From NCBI RefSeq assembly GCF_009914755.1, contig NC_060937.1: a stretch of 64,000 nt of DNA. One strand, written 5' to 3'. Under the pieces are notes generated by a model. It was not told where the DNA came from. It ran no database searches and worked only from the letters and a program-made list of their open reading frames with translations. Positions 13,278 to 23,795 of this stretch are shown here, in pieces (positions within the stretch are counted from its first letter, which is position 1; each line of letters opens with the position of its first letter). A program made the translations under genes and the position numbers. The stretch is from the human T2T-CHM13v2.0 reference genome, Homo sapiens.

Positions 13278-15293
13278 TCACAACTTTTTGGCACTGTCGT
13301 GGCAGGCCGTTGCTCTGATGGTGGTCCCAGCCAAGCCCCGGTTGCTGACTCTGCGGACCAGCACTTTGGAAACCGGGATTTTTGTTCTGGGCATCTCACT
13401 CCTGGAGGGTTGCTGGTGCACCACGGGATGGCTAGATGGAAGGTTGGTCAGGTGCTTGATGCTAATAGGGATCTTAGAGTCCTTCAGCAAGCTGCCTGGT
13501 GTTCGCAGTGGACAGGTGATGGTGCCTGGAGATACGGGCTTTAACCGGGACAGGGAGGACGTCTCCTCGTTGTCCTTCCCTCCAGGAAGGGTTGCTGGAC
13601 TTCCGTCCGGGTCAGCATAGAGATCATAGAGCGCGTCCCCGCTGTAGCTATCCCGGGGGATGCCCGCCTTCTTCCCGCTGCTCGAGCTGTCTTCCTCTGG
13701 GCCTGGCGTGGTGGAGTCCCAGTAGCCCTCGTCGCTGTTGGGGACGCCTTCCTGCTGCTCCTTCTCCGGGTGCTTGGGCTCCTCCTTAGGATGGGGCTCG
13801 ATGGGAATCCGGTTGAGCCTCCTGCGCTTGACCGAGGACGCGTCCTTGGCCGCTTCCACACACCTGGTGTCTTTGGGGGTCTCGGGCACCACCTTGGTTT
13901 CCAGCGCAGCTGCCACCTTAGCCGCGCCCTCCTGGGGCTCGGGTCCCTGCTCCTCGGTCTGGGAGAGCATGTCCCAGAACTCCTGTAGATAGGTGTCGTC
14001 CACCTCGTCCGGGCTGGCCATCTCTTCCCCGCCTCCTTGGTAGGCCACCACGCCGGGGTTCTTTTTAGACAGAGCCGGCTTGCCTGGCCCGGGGACATGC
14101 TTGTCACAGCTGGGACCTGCCTCTTCCTCTTGGTCTGCAATAATATCTCCACAGCCTGTAAGAGAGTCAAAGCTTTTCAGTGAAGTCACGTCAGAAAACA
14201 TCAAACAAATACGATCTGCCGACGGGTCTGAGGGTGGATCGACAGAGGCAGGGTCTGGGGCGGCGGGCGCCCGGCCGCTGCCGCCTTCGGAGTCGACAAG
14301 GGGGACCGTCTTTACGGGAACGGCCCCCGTCCTGGAAGCGTCCTCTGCCGTGCGGACCTCCCCGGGCCCCGGCTCGGCGCGCCGATGCCCCGCGGCGTCC
14401 TCTCCCCGGGCGCCGGTGTCGCCGGGGTGCGCGAGGCCCTCTGCCTCTCGGCAGCTCCGCGCTGGGGCGCGGTCGGCGGGGGCGGGCACCTCCTCTCCCC
14501 CTGCGGGCTCACCTGCTGGGTCTCGCGGGGCGTCCTGGCTGGGCTCCTCCGGCTCGCGCGCGGCTCTGGGCGTCTCCTCCTTGACGCACTCCAGGCTGGC
14601 GGTGAGCGAGCCGGGTAGGATCAAGCCGCCCCCGGGCGCGCGCCCCTCCGCGGCCTCCGCCTTGGCCCGCTTGTCTTTCCTGTGCCAGCGCATGCCGCTG
14701 AACAGCCCCCGCAGCCCCCGCTTTTGTTTGCCGCCGGCCTTGCTCGCGTCCACAGGCTCTCCCTTGCCGTTTTCCGAGCGCCCGTTCTTCTTCAGCAGCG
14801 AGAAGAAGCTGTGCGACTTGGCCACCGAGCTGCTGGCGAGGGAGCCCCCGCCGGGCCCTGCGGCTCTGGGGGGCCCCGGGTTCGGCCGCCCCCCGCCGCC
14901 CCCGCCGCTGTCGCCCCCGCCGCGCGGCTCCTCCTTCCTGCCGCTCTCCAGCACCAGCACCTCGGCAAGTCCGTCGTGGGTCCTGCTCCTCACCAGCCCC
15001 GTCGGACCCGAGCTTTTCCCGTCCCCTTTGTTTTTGACCCCAAAAATGCTGGGCATGGTGCCACCCGATTTCCTCTTCTTGAATAATTTGAAGGCAGCTT
15101 TATTAATCTTCCCCGACGGCGGCTCGGCGGCCGGCGTTTCGGCGGCACAGTCACAATGCAAGTCCATGTCTGCCGCGAGGGTCCCGGTCCCGGCCCCGGC
15201 CTCCGCCTTCCTCCTGCAGACCCCCACGGACGCGCCAGCTCCGCCGCGCTCGCTGACAGCCCCGCCGCCGCCGCGGCTCCGGCTCGTCTCCAT
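13278..15293 (-). CDS. AMER2: APC membrane recruitment protein 2 (AMER2/FAM123A), WTX family, 671 aa
   Basis: ATG at 15293 gives METSRSRGGGG...ACHDSAKKL; Lys-rich N-terminal clusters (KAAFKLFKKRKS, SFFSLLKKNGRS); WTX-family blocks (LMFSDVTSLKSFDSLTGCGDIIAD, YQGGGEEMASP, PNSDEGYWDS, RDSYSGDALYDLY); C-terminal SKIP/TKIP EB1-binding motifs. Confidence 0.97.
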   Translation of the reverse strand: METSRSRGGGGAVSERGGAGASVGVCRRKAEAGAGTGTLAADMDLHCDCAAETPAAEPPSGKINKAAFKLFKKRKSGGTMPSIFGVKNKGDGKSSGPTGLVRSRTHDGLAEVLVLESGRKEEPRGGGDSGGGGGGRPNPGPPRAAGPGGGSLASSSVAKSHSFFSLLKKNGRSENGKGEPVDASKAGGKQKRGLRGLFSGMRWHRKDKRAKAEAAEGRAPGGGLILPGSLTASLECVKEETPRAAREPEEPSQDAPRDPAGEPAGGEEVPAPADRAPARSCREAEGLAHPGDTGARGEDAAGHRRAEPGPGEVRTAEDASRTGAVPVKTVPLVDSEGGSGRAPAAPDPASVDPPSDPSADRICLMFSDVTSLKSFDSLTGCGDIIADQEEEAGPSCDKHVPGPGKPALSKKNPGVVAYQGGGEEMASPDEVDDTYLQEFWDMLSQTEEQGPEPQEGAAKVAAALETKVVPETPKDTRCVEAAKDASSVKRRRLNRIPIEPHPKEEPKHPEKEQQEGVPNSDEGYWDSTTPGPEEDSSSSGKKAGIPRDSYSGDALYDLYADPDGSPATLPGGKDNEETSSLSRLKPVSPGTITCPLRTPGSLLKDSKIPISIKHLTNLPSSHPVVHQQPSRSEMPRTKIPVSKVLVRRVSNRGLAGTTIRATACHDSAKKL
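14156..14512 (-). other. AMER2: In-frame exitron (357 nt); splicing gives a 552-aa AMER2 isoform
   Basis: Donor CAG|GTGAGC at 14512; acceptor CTCTCTTACAG|G at 14156; length 357 = 119 codons; consistent with the known long and short AMER2 isoforms. Confidence 0.88.
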
Positions 15294-15393
15294 GGAAACC
15301 GCGCGGGATAAGCCGCTTTCGTCAGCAGTGGGCTCGCGCCAGGCCACTGTCACCCGTATTCTAAATCAACCTGAGCCGCGCTCGCCGCCGCCG

Positions 15394-15586
15394 CTGCAAA
15401 AGAAACACACATAAAAGACCATCTTCCCTCCCGCAAGGGCTTATATAATACCCTAACCCACTTCCATCCGACTTGGCTCGGCGCTGCATGGCGTTTTTGT
15501 GGCAGGAGCAGGCAACACAGCCGCGAGCTGATTGCAGAAATTCGAGTCGTAATTATGGAATTCAAATTCCCTCAACTCTCACCCAC
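15394..15586 (-). other. AMER2: Candidate 5'UTR intron of AMER2
   Basis: Strong acceptor TTTTATGTGTGTTTCTTTTGCAG| ending at 15394; donor AAG|GTGGGT at 15586 (or GG|GTGAGA at 15582). Confidence 0.5.
15440..15450 (-). promoter_or_regulatory. TATA-like element TATTATATAAG
   Basis: AT-rich TATA match at the edge of the CpG island, ~150 bp upstream of the ATG. Confidence 0.4.
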
Positions 15587-17066
15587 CTTCGGATTCCTTC
15601 TCTAGACTCGCTCTTCACGGGAGCGCAACCATGGATCACGAAATGCCTCTAAAAACGACAACGCAATTCAACCCACCACAAAATGCTTGTTTTTCTTATC
15701 CTCTCTCCTAGACTCCCTGCATCTTCATGCCTTTCCCAAGCCCTTCATGTCTGTCCTTAGCATTGGTGCACTAAGCCCAGCAGGCAGGAAGCATGTCTGC
15801 CTACATCCATGTCTTGTCCAGAGCTGAGCACACGCTAGGTCCATGCTGTGTGGCTGTCATTGTGGTTATGGTTCTTGTGACAAAAGTACACGCCACCACT
15901 CAATCAGTCTATCAGCAGCCCAGCAATGCAAGCACAACAGCTCCCCGGGGTGGAGTTTGCCTGCACCTTTGGGACAACCATGACTTTTATCCCAGACTCC
16001 AGCCACCACGGGATGAAGTCACAGATGCTGCGGCACAGCCCACATCTGATAACAATAGACAAGCTGACCGAGACACACAGGCTGGGAATCTCAGACCCAC
16101 TCCACAGGTGGGCCTTCGAGTCCGGGTTCTGCCCTCTCCTTTCCCACTCAGCAGGACAGTGGCATTATTCCTGTCACTGCGGTACCACTCCCCTCCCCCA
16201 TACCACCAGGGCTGACTTGTAGTCCCCTTCCCCAATGTACAGAGCAGGAAAAGCTTGGCAGGGGTCCCTGTGTGTCCAGGGATCTCTGCAGACATTCCTA
16301 CCTGCCTGGTCTGGGGAGAGGGAAAACCTTTTTTCTGGGAACAGCTCAGTCTAGGGATCTGTTCTGTGTTCTGATTTAAAAAGTGACTGCTAATATTCTA
16401 ATCTTGACATCTGATTTCATAATCCCAGCTGAGTGCTTTTTAGCAAAAAGAAATTTGGAGAAGCATATACATATATAAATATAACATGTATATATAGTAT
16501 ATATTATTTAATCATTTGATTATTTATTAAATATCATTTAAGAATATATGTAATAATTACATATATACACAAACAGTAGTCTTTTCCCTACTCATTTTTT
16601 ATATGCTCTTTGCATTAGGCCAATAAATCCCAATCCCCATCCACATAAGTTGGCGTTTTATAAATGACGTATGTTGGCCATTGCAGCTTCTGTTGTTATG
16701 AGATACAGCTGGTTAAAATTTAGACCTTGGAGTTCTTAGTTGTATTATTTCCTTTTTTTGTTTATTTTTTTCAAGAACACTGTTTTGTAAAACGAAGAAA
16801 TCAATGAGTTCAGGTTCAGGAGAGGTTGTCACTTCCAGACTCTAATCCCATCAACTCTTTCTCACTATTGATGAGCATCTCTCCTGGTACAGGAAGTAAG
16901 GTGAGGCCAGAGAGAGGCTTTCCCGGATTCTAATTGACCGCTTGACATGATGAATCAGAGTCCTCAGTGCTTTCTGGGGAGACCACGTGTAAGGAACTGT
17001 AAAGAGAAACCCATTTGTTACGTCTTTACAACCTTTTGAAGAACAATAGAAAGTCTCTCAATTTTA

Positions 17067-17103
17067 CACACATACACACACACACACACAAACACACACA
17101 CAC
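17067..17103. repeat. (CA)n microsatellite, interrupted
   Basis: Direct reading. Confidence 0.9.
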
Positions 17104-18143
17104 CCATACAGTTGCTTAGATTTGTGGGTTACTATGTAGCTCTGTCAGTTTGGAAGAGTTTGTGACTGGGATCAAGGAAAAGTAAGTCGCCTATTAAAAA
17201 ATCTCCCTTTCTCCACTGGGAGAAAGTGGTCTGCTTATTCACCCATCAGGACAGGTCAAATGTGACTCTAATTTACATGAGAATCTTTGGGCCTCCTGGG
17301 AGAAATCTGATAGAGGACTTTGGGATGGATATCATTCTTTTGGGACATCAACACTCAAACAAAGAGAAAGAGACAAAGCTGTCTTCAGCCTGCGGAAGGT
17401 GCCCTCACTGTGAGTTACTGGCCCTGAGATAGAAGAAAGCAGGGACCCCTGGAACAATCTGAAGGCACTGGGCATGGGAGCTGTAGAGGCTGCGGTGTGA
17501 GTGAGGACCCTCCAGCGTCCTACTCAAAGTCCTTGTTACAGAGACAGTGGGAAAAACGAGGGTGAAGTCAGCTGAAAGGAACTTACCCCAAAAGCCAGAC
17601 AGGTAAGGAGAGACTCTGTAGGGGAGAGAGATGAGGCGCAGGATGGTCCAATGGTTTGTTGGTTAGAGCCAGGTTATGAATCATCACAAAGACTGAGCCA
17701 TACCTTATATTAAACTTCACAGTCAAGAGTGGAGAAAGCAAAATGGTGATTTTTTTTTTCCCTGAGAGACAGAACATGACAGTGAAGATAATTTTACCGT
17801 AAGCACTCCCATTTTTGTTTATAGTTTCTTCTTTCATTCTTTTCCCCCATCCTGCCCCAGCTTGGGAGTGAATAGAAAATTAGAGTAGAAAGGAATAGAG
17901 AACAGGACCGAGGGGAAACATTTCAGGGAAAAGCCATTCCAAAACAATAAGACGTATCACAAATGCAAACAGCAAGTGGATTTTGCTGGAAGACATGTGT
18001 GGGCTTTTCTTTGTTGGCACCAGGAAGTATTTGTCGTTTTGTTGAGGCTTTTTTCTCTAGGTAGTGAGCTTCTCTGGAGGATGGTACTCAAAAGGAAAAA
18101 AAAAAAACAAGAGAAACACAGGAAGAACCATTTGAGAACTTAA

Positions 18144-18201
18144 CGTCGTCGTCATCATCATCATCATCATCATCATCATCACATCATCATCACATCATCA
18201 T
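18144..18201. repeat. (CGT)n(CAT)n trinucleotide microsatellite
   Basis: Direct reading. Confidence 0.9.
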
Positions 18202-18262
18202 TTCCTTTTTTAGGGTGCCTTCAAAGCAGTCCAGCCCTTTGCCCAAAGCTTACTGGGTGGAA

Positions 18263-18511
18263 TTTCTTTCTTTCTCTTTCTTTCTTCTCTTTTCTTTTTC
18301 TTTCTTTCCTTTTCTTTCCTTTCTTTCTCTTTCTTTCTCCTCTCCTCTCCTTTCCTTTCCTTCCTTTCCTTCCTTCCCTTCTTCTCTCTCCCTTCCCTCG
18401 CTCCCACCCTCCCTTCCTCCCTCCCTCCCTCCCTCCCTCCCTCCCTCCCTTCCCTTCCCTTTCCTTCCTTCCTTCCTTCCTTCCTTCCTTCCTTCCTTCC
18501 TTCCTTCCTTC

Positions 18512-18554
<43 letters not shown>

Positions 18555-18602
18555 TCCTTCCTTCCTTCTTTCCTTCCTTCCTTCCTTCCTTCTTTCTTTT
18601 TT
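18263..18602. repeat. ~340-bp polypyrimidine tract (TTTC/TTCC/CCCT), expanded Alu tail
   Basis: Almost pure C/T; lies inside the Alu TSD pair. Confidence 0.93.
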
Positions 18603-18882
18603 CCCAGAGTCTTGCTGTGTCACCCAGACTGGAGTGCAGTGGCGTGATCTCGGGGCTCACTGCAGCCTCTGCCTGCCAGGCTTAAGCAATTCTCCTGCTT
18701 CTGCCTCGCCTGTAACTGGGATCACAGGTGTACGCCAACAAACCCAGCTAATTTTTTTTTTTAAGTAGAAACGGGGTTTCACCATGTTTGCCAAGCTGGT
18801 TTCAAATTCCTGACCTCAAGTGATCTGCCCGTCCCGGCCTCCCGAAGTGCTGGGATTACAAGCATAAGCCACCGCACCCAGC
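18603..18882 (-). mobile_element. Alu (old S/J)
   Basis: Dimer in reverse; 14-bp TSD ACTGGGTGGAATTT at 18252-18265 and 18883-18896. Confidence 0.93.
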
Positions 18883-20064
18883 ACTGGGTGGAATTTTCTA
18901 TCCTAGGTGAGCCACCGAGGAGCTTCCCTTTGAGCTGCTGTGTGGCTGCTGCTAAGGGACTTCTCATATGTCATAGCATTGCTGCTTAAGGAGGCTGCTA
19001 GCTTTACCTTAAACTTGCTGTGGGTCTTTAAAGGGATAATGGTTCATCAATACGGTTTGGAAATAATACCTGAGTTGAGACTACCACCTCCCATCTGCAG
19101 ACCACTTGGCCAGCTCCTGACCTCACCCCAGGCTGAAATGTCTACCTCCCTGCTCATGTCCATTCCCACCTGGGATTATCCTCCAAGGTGGACTTGAGAA
19201 GCTGTGCTGCCAGTGAGAACCCCCAAATGTCCAGCCCAAGTTCCTCTTTATGAGATGAACAGAAAAAAGCTCAGAGCCACTGGTCTTAAAGTCCCCTGCT
19301 GTCCACTGTCTTCCTGTATCTGAGGCCTGTCCTTGCCCTCCATGGGCCTCATGGAAGCTGAGACCACAATGTGAAGTGCACAGGTGCCAGGAGAGAAATG
19401 TGTGGACGCTCCTTGCAGAAAGCCTGGCACCAGATGCAATGCTGCCGGCATGTTCCCGTGACCCCCTTGCCTGGGAAGCTGAGGCTGGAGGCTAGGATGA
19501 GCAGCATGAGGGCTACAGGTCTGAGAATACTAGGCCCTGAGCTAAATTGAAGTTCTTGTGTTTTCTTTAGCATATTTTGATTCCTGATTTCCCCAAACAT
19601 CAGCTTTCACTATGAGTTAATAGCTGTTCTGGATATATGCTTATTAAGAGGATAAATTTATTTCTAATTAGTAATATGCGATCGAAAAGCCCACTGCAAC
19701 TCATGATTTTCCACATTAACCCTAGTGCACAGTCAAGGCTGCTAGGAGAAAGAGCCCATCCCAGGAGGAGCTACAACCCCATGTAGCCTGCAGAGTAAAG
19801 GAGCAGCTCAGAGGGGAGGTGTTCCAAGTTCATAGGACATTACCTTTGCCCACCTCCCATGGGTTTGTACCTGGATTCTAGGCAAGGGGAGTGCCACAGA
19901 AGACCAAAAAAGGCAAAATGAGCTTTTCCCTGTAATGCTGGTAGGCACCAAGGGGGCACAGGCCATGTGGCAGCTGACAGCACTGGTATTTGGGCAGTTT
20001 CCATGTTCCCCCCAGGCTTCCAGTTGTTTAATCTTTGGAATCCATTAGCTTCGAGACACATTTT

Positions 20065-20315
20065 TCCAATCTCTGCCTCGGTCTGAGGCGGAGATGTTAT
20101 GTTCCCTCTGCGTGCCTGTCTGTGTCTCTTTACCTCTTCTTAGAGTGACACTAGTCACATTGATTAAAGGCCCACCCTACTCCAGTATGACCTCATCTTA
20201 ACTTACACCTTGGTTACATTTGCAAAGACCCCATTTCCAAATAAGGTCACATTCACAGGGACCTGGGGTTACGACTCCAGCAGATCTTTTGGAAGACACA
20301 ATTCAACCTACAACA
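20065..20315 (-). mobile_element. MaLR LTR fragment (MLT1B/C-like)
   Basis: GGCCCACCCTACTCCAGTATGACCTCATCTTAAC...TTTCCAAATAAGGTCACATTC...ACACAATTCAACCTACAACA. Confidence 0.85.
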
Positions 20316-23004
20316 AACGACATCACCAGCAACGGTGACAGCATCCGCCTCACCTTCAGTCCTTCAACGCAGCCGCCAGGACCCTTGGCACAGACAAGAC
20401 TGTCCTTGGGCTCAGTCATGAGTGGGTTCAAACTGGGCATGAGCTTCTTCAGCAGGTGTAGGCCTTCAGCAGGGTTCGGGGTCACTGATGGCACTTCTGG
20501 GGTTGCCAGCAGTGTGGGACAGTACCACTGCCAGCCAGAGGAAGCAAGAAGGAAAACAGTGTTGACCAAGAAGGGTAGATCTTGGCGTACACATGTGACA
20601 CCCTGGGGTCTCTCAGGATTTTCTAGGAGGAAACTAAGACGGGTATCAAAGTTCCCATGTAGTGGATAGGGTAGAACAAGAGGACTACTGTTGCTCTTCC
20701 TGTTCTCTAGTCCCTGCATGGAAGCCAGAATGGCCTGGGAAACATGTCACACCATAACTGCTCCTCCCAATAATTCCCTTTTCTCTGGCTCTGCCATTTA
20801 GCTAGAGCTACTCTTAGAAAACATTGTATCTCAGATTGCACAGGGGGTGGGATTTCTTCAGCTGTTGGCACCAAGGTGGGTGCAGTGCAGCCAAAAACAG
20901 GGCAGAATGAGGTCAGATAGCAGAGGGTGCATGGACTGGATGCCAGGGCTTTGGGCATGGATAGATGCCCTGTTAGAGAGCAGCCAAATAAACAGTGGGA
21001 ATCATCTAACCAGCAGGGATGCAAACCAGAACCAGAGCCCAAGATGAGGGCCCTCTGTTGTTAATGAGGAGGCCAGGCTCAGAGATTCGAGACTGGGAAG
21101 CTGCAGGGGGGCTGCAGAAATGATCTGCACCACAGTGGGACACCGATAGGAAGCCCAAGTCCCTGCCCCTTGGGTGTACTTTTGCTCGTCTTAAAGAAAC
21201 CCTACTCTGCATCTGCTTCTTGACACAAAGCTGGCCTCGCACTCAGGCCTTGGTCCAGCCCACCCAGCACGTACACACAGCATGAACCACCCTGTGTAGC
21301 TAAGGTAGGCCTTCTGCCCGGGTTTCTCATTGCCCCCAATCTCCAGCCATATAAGCAAGCTGCTTTCTGCCATGGCATCCCCACATCACAACTGTGCGAC
21401 CCTTCTGAATCATGGCCCCTTTTCCCAGCTACTTCCACTTCTATCAAAAAGACATGGGAACGTTCTCTAGTTTTCTCATGCCGCTCCAGGTCTGCCTCTG
21501 CCCCTTATCTTAAGATCCCCTCCACTGGCCCTGCCATGGCAGCACTGAGGACATACACGAGTGTTTCAGACAGTAGCAGGGTCCTCTCTACTCTCAGGTC
21601 CCTAAGCTCATGAGGGGAGGGGTGTCTTATCCCCACTCCTTAGGAGCTAATCTGGATGGAGGGTGCAGGGAGCAGAGCCCCTTCCTAAAGACCCTCAGCA
21701 GGCTCTTGCATTCTTTCTGTGGAGCAGTTTCACGGTGCACAGGTATCAATCCCAGGGGAGGACTCTAAACACTTCACCGGTAACTATGCACCAGTAGCAA
21801 TCCACTTGCACAAGTGCAGTGAGACAGAGAACTCACACAGCAAGTTAAGTGAAGCAATCTTCCAAGGCTCAGTAGTTCTGCCCAGGCCCCATGGAGCCCA
21901 TTTGCATGTGCCCTATGTTGCACCACAGCTGAGGGACTGTGAAAGCACACTCTGCCTTAGGTTTTATGGCCAGGGGACCCAGGGATCGCTGGGATAAAGT
22001 ATTGCAGGACATCCTGTTCTAGGGGTGACGGGAACAGAGCCCAGGCTATCCCAGCCAATTCCTCCTTTTCTCAGGATGTTGCATTCCCAGCACATTCTAC
22101 AGTTATTCTGAGAACCACAGGCAAGTAATGGGGGAAGAGCTGGTTATCCAAGGCCATCTGGGGACTTGTCCTGCACTTTCCTCCTCTGCAACTTCTTTTC
22201 TTCCATTTCCTAAAGTCTTGGGATCTTAAGTCGTCTAGATAGCAGACAAAACCACATTCAGAGCAATTACATATTTGTTTAAACTTATTGCTTAGGTCAA
22301 GATCTCGGCTCCTGAAGTTCAAATGACCGTAGCTTTGGCAAACAAAAAAACTTTTTTTTCCCCAAAGATATAATGGACTTCAAAAGCATATTTTGAACTC
22401 TGAAAGCTGAGTCTTACCATTTTTTCTGTATCTTTGCCTACCTATTCCAGTTTAATTGCTCAGCCCTGCCCCATCCCTAACCTCCTACAAACAATACACA
22501 AATATACTTGCTCTCACAGTCTATGCTCCAACAATTTTGAGCATGTTTCCTGAATATGTTATTGTCCTCTTGCTTTTCTAAACATTGCAGCTATCATCTG
22601 AGATGCTGTTACCGTCTCTGTGCAGCTAATGAATTCCTATGCATTTCTCATGTAAGACTGGGACCCCAGATCCTCTGTTTCCGTCAGAGGCCCAGCATAT
22701 TCCCATGATACATCACAAAAATGCTCAGGCCAATTTCTATACAGTGTCAGTCATCGTGGTGCCCCAGGGCTGACTTCCCATAAGTTGGCTCTGACTTTTA
22801 CCGAAAGAGGGTTGTGATGAGAGTGAGAAGTACAGTTCTTCCCCTCTGTGACAGGCACATCAGCCAACCAGCAGAGCTGCACTTGAGTGGCTCAATCATC
22901 TCAATCAGAGGCGGATGACTCCTTTTCTTGGGTCATGACCTCCTTTCCCCCTTTGAGTCACATGGCAGGGTGGGTTACTTCCCTTGGTAGTCAAATATGC
23001 TACT

Positions 23005-23795
23005 TAAGATCATGCTAGTTTGTGTAGCAAATAGATCCCACAATAAAACAGGTCAACTCAATAGAGGTCTATTCTTACTCACTGTTTTAGTCCATTTGGG
23101 CATCCATAACAAAATACCATAGATTGAATGCCTTATAAAGAATAGAAATTTATTTCTCACTGTTCTGGATGCTGAAAAGTCCAAGGTCAAGGGCACCAGC
23201 AGATTAGCTATCTGGTGAGGGCTTGCTTTATGGTTCACAGATGGTGCCTTCTACCTGTGTCATCACATAGTAGAAGGGGGAATGAGCTCCCTTGGCCCTA
23301 TTTTATAAAAGCACTAATCCCATTCATGAAGACATCACCCTTGTGACTTAATCCTTTCCCCAAAAACCTCACCTCCTGATACCACCACCTGGGAGATTAG
23401 GATTTCAACATATGAATTTGGGGAGGGCACAAACATTCAGATCATAGCACTCACCTATAAGTCAAATATTGAAACCAGAAGGGTGAGTCTCTTCCATGTG
23501 ATCATTCAGGGCCCCAGGCTTCACTTCTCTGTGTCCCCACTGTGTGGTTGTTGCTATCTGCATTTAGCTGGTGGAAGGAGAAAGAGATCCCGGAAGAAGC
23601 ACGTCCATTTCTAAGAAGCTTGACTCCGACATGGAACAAATCACTTCCTCTCACTTCTGTGGGTGACATCTAGTCACATGGCCACATCTGGCTACTAGAG
23701 AGTGGGAAATATGGTCTAACCACGTGCCTGGCCACATTCCTATTACTACAGAAGGAGAGAACAGATTAGAGCAGGCAGCTGGCAGAATGTGCTAC
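23005..23795 (-). mobile_element. Old MLT1 (J/K-like) LTR split by a younger MLT1A LTR
   Basis: TCATTCAGGGCCCCAGGCT, ATCACTTCCTCTCAC..CTAGTCACATGGCCACATCT..GGGAAATATGGTCTA motifs on both sides of the insert. Confidence 0.65.
23083..23449 (-). mobile_element. MLT1A/MLT1A0 solo LTR
   Basis: TG...CA ends; 5-bp TSD CTCAC (23078-82 and 23450-54); typical AATTTATTTCTCACTGTTCTGGA..AAGTCCAAGGTCAAGG. Confidence 0.9.

Larger units (their letters stand above)
13560..15560. promoter_or_regulatory. CpG island spanning the AMER2 5' end and most of the CDS
   Basis: Very high GC and CpG density compared with CpG-depleted flanks. Confidence 0.9.

Noticed and set aside
13541-14170. 209-aa alternative-frame ORF overlapping AMER2 on the same strand
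   Set aside because: TTG start, Arg/Pro/Ala-rich composition typical of GC-rich off-frames; no splice route into this frame identified.
15294-15353. 691-aa ORF call starting at GTG 15353
   Set aside because: Poor context (C-3, A+4). The recognised protein starts at ATG 15293; the extension is kept only as a hypothesis.
14080-15414. 444-aa plus-strand ORF antisense to AMER2
   Set aside because: Codon-aligned mirror of a GC-rich CDS, near-cognate start, low-complexity product; expected shadow ORF.
18210-18685. Lys/Glu/Arg-rich and Phe/Ser/Pro-rich ORFs
   Set aside because: Translations of the polypyrimidine tract and Alu.
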